Below, one piece after another: positions 48,601 to 60,256 of a stretch of 64,000 nucleotides of DNA. Under the pieces are notes generated by a model, which saw only the letters and a list, made by a program, of their open reading frames with translations, made no database searches and was not told the origin of the DNA. Made by a program: the position numbers and the translations under genes. Position 1 is the stretch's first letter. Each line of letters starts with the position of its first letter. The DNA lies in contig CM106586.1 in the NCBI GenBank assembly GCA_048013815.1, forward strand, positions 23,560,001 through 23,624,000. Reading direction: 5' to 3'. This DNA is from Setoptus koraiensis (taxonomy: Eukaryota > Animalia > Arthropoda).

Positions 48601-51600
48601 CAGCGGCACAACTGACCGCCGTGGCACAACTGACCGCACTGGCACAACTGAGTGCAGCGGCACAACTGAGTACAGCGGCACAATTAAATGCAGCGCCAAG
48701 ATCGCCCATCTCGCCAGCGTGAGCTTGCCAGCTCGCCGAGCCTGGCGCCGTGTTCGCACCGTATTTGTGCAGCATTTGTGCCGCATTTGCACCCTATTTG
48801 TGCGGTGTTTGTGCCGTGTTTGTGCATGGCTCAAAGTGGTGCAGTGTGGTGCAGTGCGGTGCAGTGCGGTGCAGCGAGCTGTGCCCGGCGAGGGCATATT
48901 GCGCCGATTGATTTACAGCGGCGATTGTTGTTGGTGTTGTTGCAACTGTGCAGCGGGCAGCAACTTTCAGTTGAGTTATTATCTATTCCGACTGTTGTTG
49001 TTGCAGCGGTGCCACTGTTGCAATGCACCAACCTGTGCCAGTGGTGCAACGCAACAGCGACAACGGCGGCAACGGCAACGGCAGCAGCAACAGCAGCAAC
49101 AACAACAACAACAAAGAGAGCGATTCCGAGGAAACATTCCGAGGAGCAAGATGGATGGAGATATGAGATCGCAGGGCAGAGGCTGCTGCGAGCAAGCAAG
49201 TCACTCTCGACGAGGAAGCAACGGGTGGCAAACGGCAAACGGAAAACGGCAAAAGTTGCCACTGACTCTCATGCTGCCGCTATCATATGTGTGATTATGT
49301 GAGTTGGCCGAGTTGCAAGAGTCAACTGCGCTTATTATTGATAACAGGATGATAATTAATAATTAATCAAGGCAACACAAACACACGCTTCGCCGGAAGT
49401 TTGCTGAGCCGAGCTGGCGGCGGCGCCGGATGATGCCCGCAAACGGTTATAAATTGAACTGATTCGGATTGAGATGCTTTTTGGACAAAAAGCATGACAG
49501 CACAAACAGAGCGATTGTTCGGGATGCTGCCGCTTTTTGCCGTTATGTTTTTTTTTGTGCTCTCTCTCTCTCTCTGCCAAGCAACTCATTGGGGCTCATT
49601 TCAGCCCGTTTCAGCCCGTTTCAGCCCGTTGCTGCCCGTCGCTGCCCGTTGCTGCCCGTTGCTGCCCGTTGCAGCTCGCCCATAGCAGCTCACCTGTGCC
49701 CGGCTCACTGACGGTTGTGCGATAGTGAGCGAGCGTAAGGTGAGCGGAGAAAGTCGCTCATGGAGGCTCGCTCATGTAACATGAGCGTCATGTTACGTGA
49801 GTCATGTTACGTAAGTCATGTAGACAGTGCACAAAAGAGAGCTTTTTGTGTGGTCATCGGTCACACAATGAGCACACAAAAACACTGACTTGCACTGATT
49901 GCTGCACAATCGGTTTGTGGTCAGTGTGGCCAGTGGGCAGTGGTCAGTTGCGGGCCATAAGTCACACAGCGAGCAACGGTGGCAATAATAACAATAACAG
50001 CAACAGCAACAGCAACAGCAACAGTGATGGCGATAATAGGAAGCGGGCACTTGTGCTCATCGAGTGTGAGCACATGACTAATGATGATTCATCGCCCATT
50101 TCTTATCCTCATACAACATAACCGTTGCCGTTGTTGTTGCCGTTGTTGTCGGCCATTGTTGTAGGCCCATTGATAAGCCACTGCAACTGGCAACTGTTGC
50201 TAATATTACACTAATACTTGTTGCACTTATTACATAAGTGTATTACATAAGTATTAGTATCTGTCTTGCACAGGTGAGTTTCTTGCATAACCCCAGCAAC
50301 ATGGGCGCATACACAGTGATACTTGTAGCTATCAGTGTAGTATTACAATTGTGGCCGTATTACCGTTATGCCACCACCGTCATAATCTTAGTCACAGTCG
50401 CAGTCGCAGTCATAGTTGTAGTATCACCAGAAGCCATGGCGAGATTAACAGCTGATTGTCGAGCGGTGGGCAAGTGTGCACTTGTCAAGAACAATGCCTA
50501 TGCCGGATGTACACAATGTATATCTGACAGCTTGTTGCGCATATATGTTTACAATACAATATATTTGTTTGCTGAATACAATATTTGAATGTTGTATGTA
50601 TATGCACCAACTGACAATTGTGAATGTGAGTGGTCAGCCGCCACAACTGACCGCCTGACTGGTCAGTGTTGAGCGCTGTCTTTTGACACGAGTCATGTCG
50701 CTAATGACGCCAGCTTATGATGATTATTATGATGCTGCAACTGTGATGCAACGCACAATACAATTGATACAATTGATTGTGCACCATCGATTCACTGTTG
50801 CCTTCGTGTTACTTAACTCACGCAAGTATGCCCGCTGCAACGGGCCCACCGCTCATCCGCGTCATCGGGTTGCTGCGGCTGATCGCGTTGCCGGCCCGAT
50901 GCCCGTCGCAGTGAACGAGTGAATACGGTTGACACCATTCACTGACAATTGTGAGCTCAGTATTTATCTCTTAATGACGCTAATGGTGGCCCACACACAC
51001 ACGCTGGCCGCCGATGAAATGGATGCATGCTATTAATACAAATACTTTCAACATGCTGGCCGATGCAGTATTCATGCCAGGCACGCATGGCCGTTCCGGC
51101 GAGCGTCGTCGCGAGCCAGGCGAAAGTCGACCGGACAGTGGCTAAATTAGTTCATTAGCAGCAAGCGAGCGCCAATTAATCATCGTGAGACGACACCCCG
51201 ACACAAGACACGACAACACAGAACAGGGCAGCATGATGATGCAATTGATTATGCAAGCAATTGATGATGATAACTGTCTCACCGTGTGTCTCCGTTGTAA
51301 CCGTTGTAAGCTGACACATGTGCTGTTATGTGCTGTTATGTGCAGTTATGTACAGTTATGTAATGATGCAGTGTCAAACACAGTGGCACAGTGCGCTAAA
51401 AAATAAACATACTCACACAATTCAGCAAACGAGCACACAGACGATTATTGGTGGCGACCCCAAACGTCGGCGCTCGCCGATTGTGAATCATTTAGCCAAC
51501 ATTTACAATCGGCGTGAATCTAACTGATGATATAACTGTGCGAAATAATTATCAACATCGGCGCCATCATTAGCGGATAGTTGTGCCGATAACGGTGTGT

Positions 51601-52345
51601 GTATTGATTGTTGGGCCGACACTGTTACCCGTTGGTGGCCGCTGTCGCTCACCTACATTTATATTTGTATTCATGCGTGGATGTCGTTGTGAATGCCTCC
51701 ATGAATATTTGTATTATGGTTTGTATTATATAATACAAATACAACATAAATATAGTATAAACAAATGGCGGCCAGTGTGAGCCGGCCAGTTAATTAGTTA
51801 GTTGAATTAGGCATTGGCAACGTTGATTGCATTTTGGCAGCGCTCACTGATTGAGTTTGCTGGCGCTTAATGATTGCAATCACGATACTGCAGTGTGTCG
51901 TTGTTGTTGTTGTTGTTGTTGCTTGTAGCAATGGCCAGACCACCTACAAACAGGCAACTGGACACAAGTAGCCAATGTAACTAAATGTTTCGGTGCATTT
52001 ACATTGGCTGACGGCGAGCCAATTTCAGCCTGTTTTAGCCTGTGTGTTCTTGTGTCAGTGTTTGAGTGCGAGTGCGAGTGTGATGCAACCATCGTCACAA
52101 GATGCCTCGTAACAAGTGTTCTCTCACAACAAGTGTTTTATGTGTGACTGGCCACTAAGGCCATTGACCGGCTGGCCACTGGTCACTAATCGGCCGGAGC
52201 TGGTCACTGTGGCGACTCTATACTGTGCACTGGACACTCCACGAGAGACTCTCTCTCCGCCAGACACTAGCGACTCTCCAGTGTCTAGCGGCAACTACTA
52301 GAAACAGCGTGAGCGACAAGGGCGAAAGTAGCCACTGACAGCCAG

Positions 52346-52385
52346 CTCACCTGTGGCCAGCTCACCTGTGGCCGGCTCACCTGTT
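52346..52385. promoter_or_regulatory. Three tandem CTCACCTGT E-boxes at 15-bp period
   Basis: Copies at 52346, 52361, 52376; matches the ZEB/Snail-type E2-box CACCTG; function inferred. Confidence 0.4.
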
Positions 52386-53123
52386 GGCGGGCCACTCAGC
52401 AGGCTGGTCGCTAGTAGCTGCTGTTGGCGTATGTGTGTGTGTGTGTGTCCGACAATGCGCTGCCGCACCGAATACAGAAGCCGTTTATTGGTTGCTCATT
52501 CAAGGTAATATGCATGCCCAGTGGCGAGAGTGGACGATGAATATATAATCTGTAATATAATATTATGTATTATGTAATTTATATCTATATATCATGTGCG
52601 CATGCAGACGATGGGCGATTCAATGTGCGACCCTCGAAACAACGGCCACGCTGCACCGAGGCTCGACGCTTCATTTATAATGAAACATTTAGTCTGCATT
52701 GCATTTCTCGTTGGCTTGCTGTGATTATCGCTGGCTCTGTCTCGCTCTGGTCGGCCAATCGAAATAATGCCGGCTCGCCATGCAGCGCCAATTGTCAGTG
52801 AGTGTCTTGGCGAGAGCAACAAGTGTCTGCTGGCACATTCTGGCACACGATGTGTCAGATATGATTCAGGTATTATGCGCCATAACAGTTACGTAAGACG
52901 CCTGTATTACCTGTACATAGCTGGACATGGCATCAGTAATGAAGTAAGTGATATCGTTTCACTCATCTCGGCATCACACTCACTTAAACACACTTAAAAG
53001 CTTATTTTATCGCCACAGTGGTCGCCACAACAGCAACTGGCATAACAGTGGGCATGAAAGTGCTCAAAAGTGAGCGTAAACTGTTAGATCCGTTACTCGG
53101 CCCAGTGAGAGTGGCTCGCCAGT

Positions 53124-53290
53124 TGCATCATTTTGCATCATTTTGCACCACTGTGCGCCACTCTGCACCACTCTGCATCAGTCTGCACCCTTTTGCATCA
53201 GTCTGCATCAGTTTGCACCAGTTTGCATCTGTTTGCATCGGTCTGCATCAGTTTGCATCTGTTTGCACCAGTTTGTATCAGTCTGTATCA
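53124..53290. repeat. Degenerate ~10-mer array (TGCATCAGTT-like)
   Basis: Repeated TTTGCATC/TCTGCACC units. Confidence 0.8.
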
Positions 53291-56042
53291 GTTGGCAGCA
53301 AACTGGAATGAAGTCAGGCAAACAAGTTAGATCGCTGCATTTATAGCGCGCTATTTTAGCATACGCACTATGTCATATGTATGGATGTATTATAACTTAT
53401 ATCTTATGTAACATGTATGTAAAAATGGCCATTTGTTTGCATGATCATCTGATGATGATCATCTGTGCATCTGATGCCCAGTTGAGATGCCCAGTTGAGA
53501 TGCCCAGTTGAGATGCACAGGTGAGATGCACAGGTGAGCCGCACAGGCTCACAGTGGCCAGTTTTGTCAGTGTCGCAAGCGACGTGTGTCGCTGACAGGG
53601 CAACAGGGTGCTGGCAAAAGGCAACCTGTGAGCCAATTAGCTTGAGCAGACGCTCAATTTGTGCCCATTTGAACAGTTATAGCGGGTTGCTTTCGCGTAA
53701 GCTCAAGCCCAAGATCGGCCAACAGGCTGGCGAGACCGTCCGAGGCACACTGTTCACAGCAGACTGTTCACAGCAGACTGTTCACAACAGACTGTGCTTT
53801 TCGGTGCACAGTGACGCAACGAGAGCCCAAAATGAAGAGTGATTACTGCCAATTTAGTCTGGCTAAAGAGCGTTTAGTAAGGACGCACGCTGCAAATTGA
53901 CAGCGCCTAATTGTGGTCGCATGACACCACAGATCATACGTAGACAGTTGAATCAGCTGTGCAATGGCCGGTCCATCTGACATAGAGAAAACGGTCATCT
54001 CAACATGGTAATTGTAATGTCAGTGTAATGTCATTGTAATGTCACTGTTGCGTAAGTGTGCCCAGTTGGCAACTAAGTTTGCGACCAAGTGCGCACAATG
54101 TCAGCCAATTAGCAATGGCAACTCAATTAGCAGTCAAGAGCTCGCTTGAGTGTCGTTGAGTGTCGTTTATTGTCTCTTATTGGCTCTTTAGTGACTCGCT
54201 ATTCACATACAAAGCGGCATGATGCGCACCCAGCTGTGGCCGCCACTCTCGGCAACGGCGACACTTGCGCTCACCTGTGTTAATATGGTTTTGTCCGGAG
54301 TTGTGTCTCTACTACTATTATATTTCTATTATATGGCCAGTGAATGGCAAGAGTTGCGGCCAGTTGTCAAATGGAATCAGCTGCTTGCAGTTGTCAAATT
54401 GAATCAGCTGCTTGCACATGTCAACTCGATCCAAGTCAGCTGACCGATGCGCACCCAAACAGCAACAGTTTTGCCAATCAAAGGTTACGCAAGCTACGTA
54501 AGTGTCAGGTTATTATTAGCCCCTTTTACTAACTTGTATATGCACTGCATAATGCTGCCGTTGTTGCTGTTGCTGTTGCTGCATCTACATGACAGGTGTT
54601 GCATCAGCCTGTCGAGTGACACAAGTTGTTATTATCATCATCATCTTGCTTATTACGTCATCGGCGTCTTGGCTCGCTCGGCCAGCTAATTGAATTGTTG
54701 TTGCAATTCAATTAGCAGTCACAATTGTCAGTAAAATTGTCTTACAGCAAGTTGAGCCAGGCTCACATTGATGCAGTCGGTCAACTAATTAGTATTAGTT
54801 TTGTCAGTTTGTTGTGAGGTGCACTGGTCACGTCAGCATATATCTGGGTATTTTGTCTCTGGTGCACGGCATGTCCGTCGCATGTCCATCGCATGTGACA
54901 GATCATCTGTCACAGATGAGACTCGCCACTGACATGACTTTGATATTAGTTGTGTCAGTGCATCGGGCCGAGTGCATGTGGGCCATCGTTGGCCATTGTC
55001 GTAACATGACATAACATCGGCATAACATCAGCCTTACATCGGCATTAAATAATTCATCAGCGGCTAATTAGTGCTTTTAGTCAGTGTTGCGTCTGAGATT
55101 GTATTGCTCGATTAATTATCCGTCAGTTACAATTGTTGCTGTCGTGTGGCACACGACAACAACAACACACGACAAAATAACGCACGGCACACAACGGCAA
55201 TCACAGACAATGAGACATAGGTGGCAACACTAACTCGACTGTCACTTTCGACTGTCGAGAGTCAACTCAAGAGTGGATTACGTTTAAAAGTTGCACTCAC
55301 AACAACGCGAGAAGCAGTTGAGAAAATGCGAGCTGCAGTTACAGTTTTGCATTATTGCCATCGACAAGCCGGCCCAATTGGCGAGCTCATGCACCAATTG
55401 AGCCAATTGCCTGCTCACTTGTCAGTTAACTAACTCTAGGTAACTCTGTAATGCCACACTAAACGCCCAATGCCTAATGCCTAATGCAGGTCATCACAGG
55501 GCTGTTGCCAAATCGAGCAAGGTGACTCTCACAGCAATAATAATGATTGATTGTGATTAATTGCTGATCTCTTTTTTTTATTATTTATTCATTGTTGAGC
55601 CAATTGCCGGTTCGACCGTTATCATTTGCGCTGTTATCATTTGCGCTATTATTATTTGCACGCTTAATTTGCTTAACAAGTGAGTGCACACTTTGGTGTA
55701 CGTGCCAGCCGCTAATACCCAGCCAATCCTTTGATACCCTAATACCCGATACTCAAAGGGTAAAGTTGTTGCTACAACCTGTAAATAATAATTTGCTATA
55801 CAACTTTTGGCACTTTTGGCATTAGCAAAGCACGTCAACTTAACCCGATGAGAATACCCAACAGCACATTCGAGCAACCCGATATAACAACAACTGCCCA
55901 TACAACAACTGCTGCCACCTGTAACAATCTGTAACGCAACAACCTGTAATGTAAGCTGACCGTTACAACGCTGTAGTTGTTACCTGTTGTTGTTACCTGT
56001 TGCTGTGATCGCATTGTAGTGTATATAAACACAACTGATAAC

Positions 56043-56097
56043 TCATGTTATGTAAGTCATGTTATGTAACTCATGTTATATGAATCGCGTTATGTAA
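56043..56097. promoter_or_regulatory. 14-bp-period array containing TTATGTAA (D-box-like) sites
   Basis: TTATGTAA at 56048, 56062, 56090, with a variant at 56076; function inferred. Confidence 0.4.
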
Positions 56098-56310
56098 GAG
56101 TGTGGCAACCGGTTACACGTAACACTGATTATCTATGTATTAAATACATGTACATATGATGACTTTGTGTGCGTGTTGTTGCATGTGTTGCGCAACACAA
56201 ACAACACGCTCAAATATAAATATCGTCCAGTGGCCGGCTAATTTGCATGCCGGCTGGCCGATGAGCCGGCCGACATTAGTCAGAGCAATTGCAGTCGACA
56301 GGACGGACAC

Positions 56311-56420
56311 TGTCGTTGTTGTTGTCGTTGTTGTTGTCGTTGTTGTTGTCGTTGTTGTTGTCGTTGTTGTTGTTGCTGTTGTTGTTGTTGGTGGTGGTGG
56401 TGATGTCGTTGTTGTCGTTG
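56311..56420. repeat. (GTT/GTC/GGT)n microsatellite
   Basis: Directly visible. Confidence 0.9.
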
Positions 56421-59400
56421 CTGGTTTGATTAACACAACGCGTATCGATGGTATTAGCAAGAGATAAATCTAATTAACTTGCGCCGCTCCGCTCACTGTG
56501 ACGGGCAGCTTTTTCTCGCCTATCACACAGCCCATCAAAGGCGCGCATACAAGCGGCACGATAATTATCGTACCGTTGGGTGCCGTTGTTAATTGCAGCT
56601 CTAATTGTTAACTGGCTACTCGTTTGATTAAAATCAAATCACTCAACTGTGCGCATGCACAACTATAGACATGCCAATTAAAATCGCAAAGTGCAAAGCC
56701 ACACACATTATTGAACATATTATGTAATGCATAGTATGTATCACATAGTATTACATAATATTACATAATATGTGAGTTGCACACGCGTTCGGTCCATTCA
56801 TCAATTAAAATTGGGACATTTGCTCACACAGTGACTTATACAACATTTGCATTTCTCGCTCATAGCCTGCGAGTCACAGCCTGCGAGTCACAGGTGAATT
56901 GGCCGGCCATCCGACCGGCTGACCATCGCCAATGCCATTGGCTGCGCTCTGCGGCCACTTGGGCCTTCGCTGGCCATGAACCGGCCGCAGAGCCAATTGC
57001 GAAACTCAATAATGAACGGCCAACGAGATAAATGGCAATTGTCGCAACGCCAGTCGCAGAGACAACATTGCAGTGATTGATGTTTATTTATCTGTTTGTC
57101 GCTGATGGGCACACAAGCCGATAGTCGCCAAACAAACACAACATGTCTAATTATCTGTTTTGCCATCATCTCTGACTATCTCTCGCTCGTCGTTTCGGCT
57201 CGCTCGCCGGCCATACAGGGACTGTGTGTTTGCCATATATCGACTATGCTTGCGTGTGACGAATGCTCGCACATATTTGATGAATTGCCTGATAAATAAG
57301 CGCCTGTTAGACGGATATACTTAGACACACTTGGATAGTTATTTATCGGCTGCTTGCGCTTATCATCACTCAAGATGTCGTGCGCAAGTGGCGTCGTCAT
57401 TGTTGCTAATTTGCGATGGTTGTTGCGATCGTCAGTAGGAAGTTGCCTATCTGTCCGTCGCCTATCTGTCGTCTATCCATAGATATGCGTAGATGTGCAC
57501 AGATATCGGTAGATAGCGCACGGGCGCCCCTGTAGGCTATGCGCGATCACACTGATAATTATTTAATATATAATAATGATCCGCGGCACAACCACAAATC
57601 AGCAACAACAAGCAACGACAAGCAACGACAAGCAACGACAAGCAACAATAATAACGATAATAACAATATAAATAATATCTGGCGCGCAGTTGAAAGTTTC
57701 AACTTGAAACGGACGGTCTAGACAAAAAGCGAGCGAGCGCCGTTTGTTGCAACTCGCAACAAAGTAATCTGGCTGTAAATATTTGTTGGCAAAAATATGC
57801 CATTTATTTGCTGCCATTCGCCATTCGCCATTCGCCGTTTGCCGGTTGCCGTTTGCGATGCCGGCAATGGCACCAAATCAATGACATTCGGGCAACAGCA
57901 TCAGCTGGCCAGCATGCAGTGACCTCGAACGAGCCGGCTTGCTGTCATGCCGGGCTAGTTACGTAATGCCAGCTACGTAATACAGCCAGTTATGGGGCTG
58001 TCAGCGGACCAGTTGACCGTGAACACACGACACAGCGCGATGAGGGCCGACAGCGACGTGCACCTGTTATCGGGCTGTCTCATCATATCTCATCATATGT
58101 GTGTGTTTGTAAATAAACATGTTAGTGTGTTTTGTGTATACAAGTCGGCCTCTCACACAGTTGACAACTGCAATTTTGACAGCACTGATTTTGGCAAGCG
58201 AGCCACGGCATGAATAAGCGGACATGCAAACAGCGTCGGACGTCACAATTTGCCGCAAACAATTAGCGTCACAATTGGCGCAACTTTCATTCAATTTTGA
58301 GCAGTTTCACTCAGTTTTGTTCAGTTTTGAATTCTATTGAATGTCGAGTAGCGACTGGACGGCGACATTTATCCGCGTTGATGACATTATAACATGATTT
58401 AGATGTTCGCGTTTGTTTGCCGTTTTTTGTCGGCTCACGCAAGCCAATTCATTATTGGCTCACTTATTGGCCAACCGTTGGGGCCCATCGAGAATCTCAG
58501 AGCGAGATTGGCATCGCCACCAATATTCTCCATTGAATGCAGTCCGTTTGCCATTTCGCTCTCTCTCGCTTTTCGGGTCAAAAACAAAACGATTCGTTGC
58601 TGGCGCTGTCATAATGTCATCAGCGGGCGGAAACACATTTATGCACATTATTTATTGCGAGCCGCAATAAATAATATGCATTTGGCAATCGCTAATGAGC
58701 CCGTTGATCGCTCGATTCGCCTGGTTCCATTTAATTTATTTGCTCTCAGTCGGCTGCTCACAAGTCGGCTGCTCGGTTGAAGTTCAGCTCACAGGTTACC
58801 TGTGACAGGTATCATCATTAGCGAGGGCCGCGCCAATACGCACAGTGGCCAATTGACATTTTATGCTGACAGTGCCACTGGCCAGTTTACTGACCTGCCC
58901 TCTATGCCGATTGCTAATGATGATCATCGCTGGCATTATTGACACGATCACGCCAACCAACGGCCAGCGCCACTAATTATAACTGACACCAACTATAACT
59001 GAGGCCGTTTATTGGGCCGCCGTAATGATGCCATTGGCACATGATAATGACAGCTGATAATGGCATCTCGTGTCATTATGACAGCTTGTCCAGTCACTGG
59101 ACTCTCTCGCGACACAGTCAGCTGTTGGCTGGTTGTTGGCTGGTCGTTGGCTGGTCGTTGGCTGGTTGTTGGCTGGTTGTGCGCTGGTTGTTGGCTGGTT
59201 GTGCGCTGGTTGTTGGCTGGCTGTGGGCTGGTTGTGCATTGGCTGGCCCCTTGCCGCTTGCAGACAACCAGCGCACAGCTGATGGCAGCGCGGCAACAAG
59301 TGCACAACTGTCGCGACTGTCGCAACTGCCGCAACGGGTGCAACAGTCTTTTGAGCACCGCTTTTGTCACTGCCAAGCTGACAGGTGACATTTGACATTT

Positions 59401-59980
59401 GACTTGTGTGACATTCGACTGGCGCGACAGCTGACTGGCGCGACAGCTGACTAGTGTGACAGCCGAGCCAGGCTGACAAGTGGCAGTCGCATCAAGTGAA
59501 AGTGAGGCCACGGGCCGTTTTTGTTTCACAACTTGCCCGATCGGTGATGCTGCTGACAGCGACAACCTGTTCAACAAGCCGCTGACGGACGCGACAACAA
59601 TGCGCGCAAACAAGCGAAAAGAAGCGAACGAGCCAAGAGAAGCGAGCGAGCGAAGCGACACCCACAATTGAGTCATTTGTTTGACGGACGGCGATTGTTG
59701 TTGTCAGGGTTGTTCACGTTCAAGGCTGCCTGCCAGCCAGTCTTTGTTTGTCTGCAACCAACGTGCAACAATCGCAATAAATCGCTGTGTGTTTATATCA
59801 TCGCTGCCACTGAGATTTGCCATTGAAGCGACGGGCATGCTGGCGCGTGGGACGTGCGCGCCTTTTACTGCTCGCCATTCAAATCACTCACTAATGATAA
59901 TCGTCGAGCCGACTCGTTTGTCAGCCGAGGGCCCGTCACTCACCGGCTGCCAGCGTTCGAACGAGCTCGGCACCGGCCAG

Positions 59981-60050
59981 AATTGCCCAGAATTGCCCAA
60001 AATTGCCCAAAATTGCCCAAAATTGCCCAAAATTGCCCAAAATTGCCCAA
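59981..60050. repeat. 10-mer AATTGCCCAR x7
   Basis: Directly visible. Confidence 0.95.
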
Positions 60051-60179
60051 AACATCGCCACTAACCTGCCATCTTTTGCATTTGTTTGCATCTGTTTATG
60101 TTGGTGTCTGCGCCAATTGTGTCGACAGGCCACTAATTTATTCAAGCGCCACTCATTCAACAGGCTGCCCCATGCACAG

Positions 60180-60256
60180 GATGTGCCATTGACGTGCTGA
60201 ACTTGGGCGCCGCTGACATTGGAGCATTCGTGGAATTGGTGCGCAAAGCTGCTCAG
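60180..60256 (+). CDS. Candidate isolated internal coding exon (x-CAIDVLNLGAADIGAFVELVRKAAQ), parent gene unidentified
   Basis: 77 nt between CATGCACAG| and |GTGAGT. Only one of three frames is open, and the codon-like, non-repetitive composition is unlike the surroundings. Confidence 0.35.

Noticed and set aside
52565-52801. IYNETFSL resembling a C2-domain strand
   Set aside because: Only a 5-6 residue match with no other C2 features or convincing exon boundaries.
23459-60050. Short repeat arrays as CRISPR loci
   Set aside because: Units are directly adjacent with no unique spacers, there are no cas genes, and the context is eukaryotic.
54440-60256. Joined peptide RLRKLRCAIDVLNLGAA resembling the dystrophin EF-hand region
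   Set aside because: Similarity is weak, needs a gap, and depends on an unverified junction, so no gene name was assigned.
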